From contig JANJGN010000026.1 of NCBI GenBank assembly GCA_026770705.1, positions 29,636,001 to 29,700,000 of the forward strand: a stretch of DNA of 64,000 nt. Direction: 5' to 3'. Both the position numbers and the translations under genes were made by a program. The notes under the pieces were generated by a model. The model saw only the letters and a program-made list of their open reading frames with translations. It was not told where the DNA came from and ran no database searches. The stretch is from Isurus oxyrinchus (Eukaryota). Shown here piece after piece: positions 50,168-62,694 of the stretch. Positions within the stretch are counted from its first letter, which is position 1. Each line of letters starts with the position of its first letter.

Positions 50168-50549
50168 ATATGTTCGCCATGTTCCTCACTGGTAGCAATG
50201 TGGTACCTGTTGATTCTATGTTTAGGTGATCAGTTTTTGAAACGTCCTTTTTTTGCCACAATGAGTGGTTAAGATTCAGAATCTCAGGGTCCGCCTTCAC
50301 AATTAACACTTCACGAAGAACAGACCCTGATACGAAACTGCAGTTACTCTACGTCCCATGGCATTCACTATCTCCACTGGGATGTCCAGTATCCCGGAGC
50401 TCCGAGATATTTACTGGGGAAATACAGGCCGGGGCAAGAGGCTAAGCCTCCAGATCTCCCAGAGCGGTTTTCTGCTGATTTGGAAAAATACAAGAAAACT
50501 ATTCCCTTGACTGTCTCTGCGTCTGCCGTGCGTCACATGGACTGAGTGC
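50168..50549 (+). pseudogene. TCR V pseudogene V8 (family A)
   Basis: SG*DSESQGPP..LIRNCSYSTSHGIHYLHWDVQYPGAPRYLL..DLPERFSADLEK..IPLTVS; leader ATA start, splice sites and second Cys lost. Confidence 0.87.
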
Positions 50550-50588
50550 CACACTGTTACAGAGGCACAGTTAGGCCGTAAAAAAACG
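50550..50588 (+). other. 23-RSS (CACACTG-23-AAAAAAACG)
   Basis: Exact 23-bp spacer. Confidence 0.8.
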
Positions 50589-50919
50589 ACTTCTTTCACA
50601 GATCACTGTTGGCATCTGGATTGTTAACTGTTAATAGTACTGAAACCAAAGTAAAGATTAATTTAGCCTAGTGGCATATTTATGAGTTGCAGATCCTACC
50701 TAATTTTATGCACTATTCCTCTCAATATCAGCTGTGGATGATTCCCATGGTCAGTGGGCAGGTTTTTGAATGTGGCTCGCTGGCATTGGTACAAGGACAG
50801 CATTAGCTCTTTCCCCTCACTGTCACCACCTCACACACTGACCCTATTAAAGAGCCAAAATTGGGTTCAGTCCTCGTCTCGGATCGCATCATGGGGAGAA
50901 CAATTACATTGATTCGTTG

Positions 50920-51140
50920 CATCCTCTCTGACGTTATGAATTGGAGAGCAAAGGATCTGTGAGTTGATTGGATGAATTGGAGAACAAAAAACGGTGGAGC
51001 TTATTGGACTTCACTTGTTGCCTCTCTCAGGAATGAACCAATCGCTGGAGAGACCGGATCTGCATGAGCCCGTTCCCAACTCGAGACTGAAACAATTACA
51101 GATTCAGTCCGTTCTGTTTAAACCCACCATCAGCTCGTTG
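50920..51140 (+). promoter_or_regulatory. V promoter family B (TGACGT half-CRE, multiple ATTGG/CCAAT)
   Basis: Immediately upstream of leader V9; paralog at 45770-45940. Confidence 0.6.
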
Positions 51141-51144
51141 CAAA

Positions 51145-51478
51145 TATATTGGTTTTACTTTTTATCAATTTCTCACAGCTGTAGCTCTCTTATCTGGTAA
51201 GTCCACAAGTTACACAACCTTCCTCTTGCATACATCTTGACGTTAATTTCACTGTTCTCTCTTTCAAGTTGCATCATGTTCCATCACCTGATTTTATTAG
51301 ATAGAATAAAATGATAATGCAATCTTAACGTTCTACATGTCTAAATTCCCGCAGATGTTGGTGGTACAAACTCAATCTCACAGGAGCCGGTTACAGCGCT
51401 GCAGTTGAAGGAGATTCAGTGATCATTACTTACAGCTATTCGACCACTGATGGCTCATATTCTATGCAGCTATGACCC
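51145..51478 (+). pseudogene. TCR V pseudogene V9 (leader 51145-51196, V exon from 51355), truncated by a LINE
   Basis: GFTFYQFLTAVALLS|GTAAGT; DVGGTNSISQEPVTALQ/EGDSVIITYSYSTTDGSYSMQL; paralog of V5. Confidence 0.82.
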
Positions 51479-51479
51479 C

Positions 51480-53880
51480 GGGTCCGGACTCCAGACCCCA
51501 TGAAGTCTCAAGGCATCAGTCCAATCATGGTAAAGGAAACTTCCTGCTGATTACAACGTACGGCCCTCCCTCAGCTGATGAATCAGTGCTGCTCCATGTT
51601 GAACACCACTTCGAGGAAGCAATGAGAATGGCAAGGGCGCAGAATGTACTCTGGGTGGGGACTTCAATGTCTCATCACCAAGAATGGCTCGGCAACACCA
51701 CTACTGACCGAGCTGGTTGATTCCTAAAGGACATAGCTGCTAGACTGGGTCTGCAGCAGGCGGTGAGGGAAACAACAAGGGGGGAGGGGGAGGGGGGAGA
51801 TACTTGACCCCATCCTCACCAACATGCGTGCTGCAGATGCATCTGTCTATGACAGTATTGGTAGATATCCTCCATTGTGTTTTGTGGCACTACCGCCTTG
51901 CTAAATGGCATAGATTGCAAACAGATCTAACAACTCAAGTCTGGGCAACCATGAGGCACTGGAGACAATCAGCAGCCGCAGAATTCTACTCGAACACAAT
52001 CTGTAAACTCGTGGCCCGGCATATCCCCTACTCTACCATTAACGAGAAGCCAAGGGAGCAACCCCGGTTGAATGAAGAGTGCAGGATGGCATGTCAGAAG
52101 CAGCAACAGGAATACCTAAAAATGAGGTGTTAACCTGGTGAAGCTATAACACAGGATTACTGGCGTGCAAAATAGCATAAGCATCAAGTGATAGACGGAG
52201 CCTAGCATTCCCACAACCAACGGGTCCAGTCGAAGATCTGCAGACCTGTCACATCCGTTAGTGAATGGTGGTGGAAAATTAAACAACTCACTGGAGGGGT
52301 AGGTCCACAAATATCCCAACCCCCAATGATGAAGGAGCCCAGTACAGCAGTGCAAAAGATAAGACTGAAGCATTCGCAATAATCTTCAGCCAGAAGTGCT
52401 GAGTGGATGATCCATCTCGACCTCCTCCGGAGGTCCCCAGCTTCATAGATGCCAGTTTTCACCCAATTCGATTCACTCCACGTGATATCAAGAAATGGCT
52501 GAAGGCACTGGTTGCTGCAAAGGCGATGGGTCCCGACAATATTCTAGCAATAGCACTGAAGACTTGGGCTCCAGAACTTGCCACGCCCCTAGCCAGGTTG
52601 TTCCAGTACAGCTACAACACCAGCATTTACCTGGATATATGGAAAATTGCCCAAGTACGTCCTGTACACAAAAAGAAGGGCAAGCTCAACCCGGCCAATT
52701 ACTGCTCCATCAGTCTGCTCTCGAACATCAGTAAAATGATGGAAGGAGCCATCAACAGTGATATCAAGCGGTAGTTGCTTGGCGATAACCTACTCACTGC
52801 GCTCATTTTGGGTTCCATCAAGGTCACTCAGTCCGTGACAGAATTACAGCCTTGGTTCAAACTTGGATGAAGAGATGGACTCGAGAGGTTAGGTGAAAGT
52901 GACTGCCTCTGACATCCAGGCCGAATTTGGCCGTATGGCATCAAGAAGCCCTAACAAAACTGGAATAATGGGAATCAGGGGGAAAACTCTCCGCTGGTTG
53001 GAGTCATACCTAGCACAAAGCAAGATGATTGTGGTTGTTGGAGGTCAATCATCTCAGCCCCAGGACATCAGTTCCTCAGAGTAGTGTCCTGGGCCCAACC
53101 ATCTTCAGCTGCTTCATCAATGACCTTCCTTCCATCTTAACGTCAGATGTACAGATGCTTTCTGATCACTGCTCAAAGTTCAGCACCATCCGCGACTCAT
53201 CAGATACTGAATCTGTCCGTTTCCAAATACAGCAAGGGCTGAACAATATCCAGGCTCGGGCTGAGAAGTGGCAAGTCACATTCACGCCACACAAGTGCCA
53301 GACAATGACCAACTCCAACAAAATAGAATCTAACTATCGTTCCTTGACATTCATTGGCATTACTAACACTGAATCCCCCACTATCAATAACCTGGGGGTT
53401 ACCATTGACCAGAAACTGAGCTGGGCTAACCATATAAATATTGCAGCTACAAGAGCAGGTCAGAGGCGAGGAGTCCCGCGACGAGTATCTCACCTCCCGA
53501 CTCCTCAAGGCCCGTCCACCATCTACAAGGCACAAGTCAGGAGTGCGCTGGAATACACTCCACTTGCCTGGACGAGTGCAGCTCCAACAACACTCAAAAA
53601 GCTTGACACTATCCAAGGCTTCGCAGCCCGTTTGATTGACAACTCGCCCACAATCATTCACTCCCTCGACTACGGATGCACATTTGCAGCAGTGTGTAAC
53701 ATTTTCAAGATGCATTAGAGGAATTCATCAAGCCTCCATAGGCAACAACTTCGAAACCCATGACCAATATCAGCTAGATGGGCAAGGTCAGCCGATAGAT
53801 GGGAGCACCACCACTTAGAAGTTCCCCTCCGAGCCACGCACCATCCTGACCGGGAAATATATCGCCGTTCTTTCTCTGTC
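51480..53880 (+). mobile_element. Non-LTR retrotransposon (CR1/L2 group) ORF2, endonuclease + RT, disrupted
   Basis: GDFN.HH, KAMGPDNI, NPANY..ISLL, VPQSSVLGPTIFSCFINDLP, WQVTFTPHKC, IYKAQVRS.LEY. Confidence 0.9.
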
Positions 53881-54109
53881 CTTTCCCTTTTATCTCTTCA
53901 ATAGGCTCCACCCAGTTACTTAAACATTATTTCTCCTGAACAAATCCATGCTGGCTTTCCTTAATTAACCGCATTTGTCCATGTAACTATAATTTTGCCT
54001 GCATTATTGTTTCTGAAATTTTCCCCACTACCGAAGTTAAACTAACTGGTCTGTAGTTGCTGGAATAGTGTCAAAGAGTATTGCGTTCTATCCCAAGCAC
54101 AACACTTCA

Positions 54110-54560
54110 TGAAGAACTAAAGCCTTTAGAGAGGAGTCAGAAACGTCTCTTGGAAACTGTTGCAGGGAGGAGCAACTTTATTTACATGGTTAGATTGTAG
54201 AATTTGGCACGAACCTCCTTGAAGAAGGGAAGATTGAAAAGAAGTTTGATAGCGGTCTTCAAGATCGGTGGGGTGGTTGGTGGGCTTCACAGACTAGGCA
54301 GGGGAAAATTGTTCCCATTGGCGGAAGGATCGAGAACAAGAGGACACCGGTTTAAGGTAATTGGGAGAGGAAACAATCCGGCGAGGGGAAAACCCTTTTC
54401 ACACTGTGGGTGATTTGGATCTAGAATTAACTGCATGAGAATGTGATGGAGGCAGGATCACTTAATGCTTTCAAAAAGGAAATAGAGTATTATCTGAAAA
54501 GACAAAATATTGCTGCGCTACGAGGAAAAGGGCGACGCTAGGTGATCAGCACAGCACGTA
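54110..54560 (+). mobile_element. Decayed CR1 3' end
   Basis: LFPLAEGSRTRGHRFKVIG. Confidence 0.75.
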
Positions 54561-54689
54561 CAGGAATTATGTAGTTCTGTGGTTAATATCTAAAACAGTC
54601 ACTGAATTCGGCATTGACAGCAATAGCAGAGTGTGTCCAGTAGGTGGCAGTGAAACAGTGATTGCTGACATTACCTGAAGTGCGCATTG

Positions 54690-55400
54690 TCTCAATCAGT
54701 TTTGCACTGTACCTTGTCTCTGTTCATGCTGAACAAGGTCCGGTGTCTATTTATATTACACCAATTCATGTCCCTGATCATTAGACAGCAGGCTGCGTCT
54801 CAGTTGTTTCCGTAAAAGGCTCAATCTCAATTGTTAACATACTGGACCAAGACCATATTACACAAGGTATTCTCTCAGTTATGATTGTATTGAACCATGT
54901 CTTGGCTAATATGGCAATAGTCCATGTTTCAATTGTTACTGCATTAGCATTTCTCCCTGCTTATACTAAACCAGAACATGTTTCTGTTTGCATTTCAGGA
55001 AGCCCTGTCTGAGTTATTAATACAGGAATCCCTGCCGAATTTATAATAAACTAGAGGATGTCTCAGCTAATGCTGCATCAATCTATGTCTCTGTTTATAT
55101 CACACGATACCCTGTGTCTGTTACTGTTGTGGTATAACATGTCTTTTTCACTGCTGTACATGTCCACATCTCTGTTTATATTAACCCAAGATCTTTGTTG
55201 GTAATTACTGCACGAGGCTCTGTCTCAGTTTATATCACACAGTTTCCTAAATCAGTTAAAGCTACACTGGGCCCTGTATCTGTTAAAATAACACTGGCCC
55301 CTGTTTCTGTTATGACTGCACTAGCCCATATCTCTGCTTATATTATACTACACCCAGTCTCTGTTATTACTGTATTAGTCTATGCCCCTGTTAGATGGAC
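54690..55400 (+). repeat. 27-bp degenerate tandem array
   Basis: ctagcccatgtctctgttattactgca-like units, e.g. 55267-55380. Confidence 0.7.
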
Positions 55401-56334
55401 AGATAATATTATAAACAAAGATGTTGTGCTCGTAATTAGTCTGTGGCTTTGGCCTAAAACGGGAGGTATCGAAGTGACTGTTTGTTCTGTGCAGCGCCTG
55501 ATATTCAGTTTCAGTGCATCAACGGAATTACATTTCAGATATCGCCTGTTCTGTTTGTTTGTATAGAAACAACTCATTTTCACGCTTTCACCGTCATTCC
55601 ACAAATATATAAGATTTATCTTCACCAGAATGTTTCAGCGTTTATTTTCTCTTCTTCAAACTGTAACTGCTTATCTTTTAATACCGAAAGTTTTTATTGA
55701 TCATTTTCTGTTATGCATTCTTGTTTAGAAATTCGTGTCATATTGGTCATTCAGTTGCTGAGGCGGGCATGTCTGTCAGAAAAATCGTTTAATCTCCCTC
55801 TTCTTTCTGTCTGAGAAAGCGGATAATTCACTGAACCACTTTGTTCTCTCTCTCTCTCAATGCTCTTTTCCTCTTCCTCTTTCTCTCTCCCTGTCTGTGA
55901 GACATTCCCCTTTTTATTTTAAATTTATTTTCCAACAAATCTCTTTAGTAAAACCATTTTTTTTAACAATTCTCCTTCATTTCTCTCAATGATAACCTTC
56001 AGCCCATCCCGCCTTCAGTGAATGTGTTAAAACACAAACAGTTCATGTATTTTAATTGTAGATAGTTTAATACTGTAATAATTTGTTGGTAATCATTCTG
56101 TTATGTGCTCTTGTTGACAAAGTGGTGTCGATATGAGAACAAAACGCTTATAATTCTCCGGCTTATTATTCCTATTGATGGAAAGGATTGAAGCACCTGC
56201 TGCTCTCCAGAGAACTTTCATTATCTCTGTATCTACAGTTTTTAACTGTTATCTTCAACAAATTCCAACCCAACCACGTTAATATTTTTTAGACTGATTT
56301 GCCAGCCCCTAGCCTGCATTTTCTATGTAATCTT

Positions 56335-57150
56335 ATCAAAAATGAGACAGAGCCTGCTGTAGCAATAACACGGACTGGACCTGTTATAATAAAACCGAAA
56401 TATGGACTAGTGTTGTAATGTTAGAGACAAGCTCTGCTGTAATACAACTAGAGACATCAGTTAGCGTAACAATAGGAGAGACATTACTGGTGCAATACAA
56501 ACAGATATGGGCTAGTTCAGTAATAACAGAGACGGGATCTCGTATAATATAAAGCTAAATGTGGACTACCACAGTAACAACAGTAACAGAAACCGATGTT
56601 TTAGAAAAAGAGATATGGGCACATTCAGTAATTAAAGACACAGGAACTAGCCTAATACAGACAGAGACATGGGCTAATGCAGGATGACACGAACGGGTCC
56701 TGGGAGTAAAATAAGCAGAGATATGGGCTAGTCCAGGAATAAGAGAGACGGGATTGATAGAATATTTGAATAAGCAAGTCTTTGTATAATCATAATTGAA
56801 AAAATACTTTGTGCAATATTAAATGAAAGACGTCATAGTGGAACACTAACTGGGACAGGGATAACTTATCAATACTAGAAACAGGGTTCGATCGAAAAGT
56901 GACAGGGACAAGGTTTTCAGTAGTAATAATACAGGTTTGCACTAGAATTTGAATAACGGGAAGGCTCCTAGTGCAACCATTACAGATGCAGCGACTTAGA
57001 CAATGAGAATCGACGCATGGAATATATTAATAACAGCAGAGTTAAGTAAAACAGATATATTGTTAGATGCTAGAATAACAGATCCAGTCTGCAGTATATT
57101 ACTGAAAGCATCACTGGGTCCACTCTGATCACACAGTCAGGATCTAGTGC
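56335..57150 (-). repeat. 27-bp degenerate tandem array, opposite orientation
   Basis: taataacagagacatgggctagtgcag-like units. Confidence 0.65.
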
Positions 57151-57901
57151 ACCCACGTCCAAATTGGGTGTGATATAAATGAGTGTGTTTGTGTGCGTGT
57201 TTATGTGTGTGTGTTTGTATGCATGTGTGTGTGTATTTGCGTGTGTTTGCCTGTGTGTCAGTGCCTATTGATATGAGGGTAAATATTTTGTCTAATGCCT
57301 GATAACAGAGTCAAGCCCCATTGCAATATGAATAGGATGGAGTTAGCGTAATGACACTGACACGGTCAATTGTAGTTGCAGCAAATGCTGCAATTGCTCT
57401 GCAGGAAAGGCAGAATCTGAGGAGACAAACAGAATTAATGGTTTACATCGATGACCGTACATGGACTTGAAACTCACTCTGTTTCTCTGGAAAGCTGCTC
57501 CACACCAGAGTGGAACATTTGTTAACAGTCCTGTTTCTGAGCTGTAAGACCTTGGTTCAAACACCACTCCAGGATTTGTTGGCCACGGAAGGAGAGTTCG
57601 TGCGACTCCAAGCAGATTTTTAATACGCCTCCAGAATTCTCCTCCCTCTCCACATCTTTCTCCAAGAGCACGAAGGCACAAAAACAAACGTTCTGAAAGC
57701 CTGTGGAGCTTTTCCAGTATCTTCTGTTTTTATTTTAGATTTCTAGCATCTGCAGCATCTTTATACTAATGTAATTCGACCTCGGAGCAGATCGAGTGAG
57801 CATTGACAATTCTGTGGCACTCTCACCCCTCTCAGAAGGCTGAATGTTCAAGCCCCAGTCCAGGGACTCGACAGCATGTGTAGATTAAGGCTCATGGTGA
57901 T

Positions 57902-58380
57902 AGTTTATATGCATGCCTTTCTGTCAATTTATCCATTATTTTCTTACATCTCCATCCAGCGAAGGACGGCTTTCTGGGACATAATTGTTACTTTGACGAT
58001 CCTGCCCTCTCCAAAAATACAAACAACCTCTCCCTCCTTGGGTTAATGAAGGGATTATCACTGCCGGGCCGGGGTCAGACTGCACTTTGGTATAATGATA
58101 ATCACAGAGGCTGGCTCTGTCCATCACTAACAGAGGCTGCTGGTAATCTTGCATAAAAGGATGCAGGAGCCTAATAAACATCTGATTGTAATCTGTAGGG
58201 AAAGTGTAAGGAAGCTATGGTGTTCAGGGCCTTAGCGCAGGGTGCTGTGTTATGGCGAGTGACACAGGGATTTATGTGGTAAAAACGGAGTGGAAACATT
58301 ATGACAGAGGCTCGTGTGACTGACTGCACCTGACCAAGAGCTGTCATACCCAAGAGGAGGACAATTATGGCGGACTCCAC
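57902..58380 (-). pseudogene. Strongly degraded V pseudogene V10 (leader 58335-58380, V exon 57941-58192, degenerate 23-RSS)
   Basis: 46-bp (GTG)ESAIIVLLLGMTAL|GT; LQSDVY*APASFYAR...RERLFVFLERAGSS; AATAATG-23-ATATAAACT. Confidence 0.55.
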
Positions 58381-59271
58381 AGATTTCTGATATCTGAGAG
58401 GACAATGCTGCATCTGTCAGAGGAACAGAAAATAATCTGCTCCTTCCCATTCTTACCAACAGTTCTACATTTACACAGACAGGCAAGGGCCGGACCCGGC
58501 AGTTTGTAGAAACCAATGTTTAAATCTTCAGCGTAAGGCACATGATGACTGAAAAGATTAAACAGCAAAACCTCACCAGAGGAAAAATCAGAGCCACAAA
58601 TGTTAAGGATAATCGTGCTTTCTACTAAACAAGTTCTATCCCGTGTTATTTTATTCAATGTAGTGGTTTGTAAATAGTAATGAACTTCTGAAGGATTCCT
58701 GGTAATTATCGATACACACACTCAAGTACTGTCAAAAGACAGGATTAGCACGGACGAAAGTTGTACAATTATTGCATTTTATTCGGGTTCAATGAGGGAC
58801 AGAGATAGATACAGAAAAGGCTCTGGGACAATGCAATTGATGAACGATCCTGTTGGTCCCTTCCATACATTCCAACAAATTTTAACCTGTTCGAAGTTAA
58901 ATCTAATTCATTTTACAAAGTTACTATTAAATCAGATTCCCTCACCCTTTCAAGCTGTGCATTCCAGTTCATAACAACTCGCCGTGTAAAAAAAATAAAC
59001 AATTATCCTCATGTCTTCCTCTTCAAAAAAGTAAATCTGTCTCTCCTGGTTACCGACCCTCCTTCCAGTTGAAATATTCTCTCTCTATTTACCCTATCAA
59101 AATTTCCACAATTTTGAGCACTCTTACTTGAAGACACACAGAGGGGAGGAGAGAGATATGCAGAGAGATAAGCAGATAAAACTGAGCAAACGAGACTTAA
59201 AATGAAAAAGGGAGACGGAGTATTGCAGAGAAACAGAGGAAACAAGTTCCGAGTGAGAGTGTGTGCAGGGA

Positions 59272-59303
<32 letters not shown>

Positions 59304-59399
59304 TAGTGTGTGCGTGTGTGGCGGATGAGGGAGGGGTGGGGGTGGTTGTGTGGAGTGTGAAGGGGTTGTGGAGGGTGTGGGGGACGGGGTGGTGGAGAA

Positions 59400-59725
59400 T
59401 GACAACGAAAAATGAAGGACAGCAAGATCTCATTTCCCGGCTTCAGGGACCCGGGGGAGCTGAGTGACTGATCCACAGTTATGTCCTGCAATGGAAGTTC
59501 TAAGCAGATCACAACAGGCTCATTTGTAAATGTCACCACAATGTGGTCTGTGTGACTCTGTCCTGACTCTGTGGCTAGATATAGGCCGCCTTGACAGATG
59601 TTCTCACCAGATTGTGGCCCCTGGATTTATTTTCTGCTCAGAAGTGAGATGTGCGGTTTGGAACCGGCAGCAGAGAAACAGGAAGTTGTGTTACCTGAGA
59701 ATGAAACAGCAGGTGTCAGTTTCAT
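59400..59725 (-). pseudogene. V remnant V11 (short leader 59695-59725, V exon stub from 59485)
   Basis: MKLTPAVSFS|GHNCGSVTQLPRVPEAGK*; canonical GT/AG. Confidence 0.5.
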
Positions 59726-60466
59726 GTTATCACCGTGAACAGTCTTCCTGCCTGTGAGGGTGAACTCACTCTCAAAGCGTCAAGAACAACCACACAGATT
59801 GGTGCTGGTCTCAGCATTGCATTCACGTCCATTCCCAATTTAAAGAATTAAATAAATGAGGTTATTTTGGTTATAACATATTAACTGAAGGCGAGATGGA
59901 CTGAAGGTTATTACCGGGAGAAAAGAGGGGAAATTGAAACAGTAATATCGCCCACAGGGGGTGATTCTAAAAGACCAAGTTTTAAGAGGCGTTTGTGCTG
60001 TGTGGGACAAAGAGAAGGGAGAGGTTAAGTGAGTGAGCTGGTGTCTTTATGAATCTGAATTTTCATCTGATGAGGTTTTGGCGCTTAATTTTTTCAGTGA
60101 TAATGTGCCTCAAGCAAAAGATTTAAACATTCGTTCCTCGGAGCTGCCAGATCCGGCCCTTGTGAGTCTGTGTAAGTGAGTGAAGTGAAGCCTGAGAGAC
60201 AGAAGAGAGGTTAACTGATTTTGGTGTATTCTGAGACAGAGGAAGAGAGGAAGAAGTTCAGTGAGTCATTTGAAAGATGTATTTGCCTTGACAACGGAAT
60301 AGCCAGCTTCGCATTACTTCCCAGAGCACGCAAGACAATGCGCTACCGATAAATATTTACGGCAGCATAGGCATCATTTGGATATATTCTCAATAAACTA
60401 TCGTGACGTGCTGATAAATACTTATAATGGCTTTTGCAAGCAATTAAGCATATGTTCCAGGCGCAC

Positions 60467-60631
60467 NNNNNNNNNNNNNNNNNNNNNNNNNNNNNNNNNN
60501 NNNNNNNNNNNNNNNNNNNNNNNNNNNNNNNNNNNNNNNNNNNNNNNNNNNNNNNNNNNNNNNNNNNNNNNNNNNNNNNNNNNNNNNNNNNNNNNNNNNN
60601 NNNNNNNNNNNNNNNNNNNNNNNNNNNNNNN
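60467..60631. other. Assembly gap (N run) adjoining a (CA)n tract
   Basis: Ns; CA repeat 60632-60718. Confidence 1.
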
Positions 60632-61963
60632 CGCACACACACTTAGAAACACAGTGACACACACATACACAGACACACACTGACACACACACACACACAC
60701 ACACACCGTTCACACACAGGAGCATTAGTTATTAGAAGCCTGCGGCCGCCTTTTCGTCTGAGGATGCGATTTCAGACCTCGTCTCTCACAATCAGTGGCC
60801 ACGCCAAAAGCAAACAGAAATTCCTATTGGAAAAGTGAAAAAAAAAACTGGAAATTAAAGAAAACTGTGAGCAATTGCCACTGATCAGCTCAAGTATGGT
60901 GAGTCATCCCGGACACATTTCAGCTTGTGACTAAGTTGTGCAATGTGCAGTGCAATGTGGTTCACCTTTATTTCTGTTCCTCAATCTCATTAAGAAAATG
61001 TTACAAGATTCACCCCAATCTTTCAACACAAACATTACACACATTACACCAGAGCAATTAGAAATTGCACCCAACGCCTAATAGTTATTAACAAGACTAA
61101 ACGTATTCTACCAACCCCTTTTTACCTGCGGTATATTATAACATTTTAAAAATTAACATCCGCCTATCCACCTCTCTCTCTCTCTCTCTAGCTCTATCTA
61201 GTTAGCAGAGACCTTTCATAATGCAGTAATAACAGACTCGGTCTAGTTCATTAATAAATGGGATAGGACATTTATAATATAAGGTGAGACAGAGGAGAGC
61301 ACAGTAATGAATGTAGCAGCCGAATACAGTAATATCACAGAATCAAAGCATCACAGAACTTTAACGGCACAGAAGGAGGCCATTCGGCCCATCTTGTCTG
61401 CATCGGCCCTCCAAATGAGCACTCTGACCTTGCGCAATTGCTCTGAATTTTCCCCGTACCCTTGCACTTTGTTTCTATTCAAATAATCATTTAATTCCCT
61501 CTTGAATGCCTCGATTGAACCTGCCTCCCTCACACTTCCAGGCAGTGTCTTCCAGACCCGAACCACTCGTTGGGTGATTTTCTTTTCACGTCACATTTGC
61601 TTCTTTTGCAAATCACTTTAAATCTGTGACCTCTAGTTCTTGATCCTTTTACGAGTGGGAAAATCTTCTTCCTCTCTACTCTGTCCAGCCCACTCATGAT
61701 TTTGAAAACTTCAATCAAATCTCCTCTCAGCCTTCTCCTCTCCATGGAAAACAGCCCCAACTTCTCCAATCTAACCTCATAGCTGAAGTTTTTCATCCAT
61801 GGGAACATTCTTGTAAACCTCTTCAGCACTCTCTCCAATATCTTCACATCCTTCCTATAAGATGGTACTCAGGACGGTATACAATATTCTAGCTGAGGTC
61901 TAACGAAGGCCTTTTATAAATTCAGCATAACCTGATCTTGTACTCTATGCCCCTATTAATAGA

Positions 61964-62694
61964 TAAAAACAAAAAAACTGCAGATGCTGGAAATCCAAAA
62001 CAAAAACAGTTACCTGGAAAAACTCAGCAGTTCCGGCAGCATCAGCGGAGAAGAAAAGAGTTGACGTTTCGAGTCCTCATGACCCTTCAACAGAACTTGA
62101 GTTCGAGTCCAAGAAAGAGTTGAAATATAAGCTGGTTTAAGGTGTGTGTGTGGGGGGCGGAGAGATAGAGAGAGAGAGAGAGAGAGAGGTTGGGGTTGGG
62201 GGTTGGGGGATGTGGTTGTGTGGACAAACAAGCAGTGATAGAAGCAGATCATCAAAAGATGTCAACGACAATGGTACAATAGAACACATAGGTGTTAAAG
62301 TTAAAGTTGGTGATATTATCTAAACGAATGTGCTAATTAAGAATGGATGGTAGGGCACTCAAGGTATAGCTCTAGTGGGGTTTTTTTATATAATGGAAAT
62401 AGGTGGGAAAAGGAAAATCTTTATAATTTATTGGAAAAAAAAGGAAGGGGGAAACAGAAAGGGGGTGGGGATGGGGGAGGGAGCTCACGACCTAAAGTTG
62501 TTGAATTCAATATTCAGTCCAGAAGGCTGTAAGGTGCCTAGTCAGAAGATGAGGTGTTGTTCCTCCAGTTTGCGTTGGGCTTCACTGGAACAATGCAGCA
62601 AGCCAAGGACAGACATGTGGGCAAGAGAGCAGGGTGGAGTGTTAAAATGGCAAGCGACAGGGAGGTTTGGGTCATTCTTGTGGACAGACCGTCT
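61964..62694 (-). mobile_element. Penelope-like element 3' end (GIY-YIG endonuclease C-terminus + pseudo-LTR), 11-bp TSD
   Basis: HFNTPPCSLAHMSVLGLLHCSSEAQRKLEEQHLIF*LGTLQPSGLNIEF; TSD ctattaataga at 61953-61963 and 62695-62705. Confidence 0.85.
62059..62097 (-). ncRNA. Minimal type I hammerhead-ribozyme-like motif (variant core)
   Basis: AGUU-CUGUUGA-A-GGGUC augag GACUC-GAAA-C-GUC-AACU: stem I, stem II and a palindromic stem III. Confidence 0.65.

Noticed and set aside
55195-55566. ORF with 9-aa repeats (LxPVSVxxT) as a repeat protein
   Set aside because: Product of the 27-bp satellite; neighbouring units have stops and frame breaks
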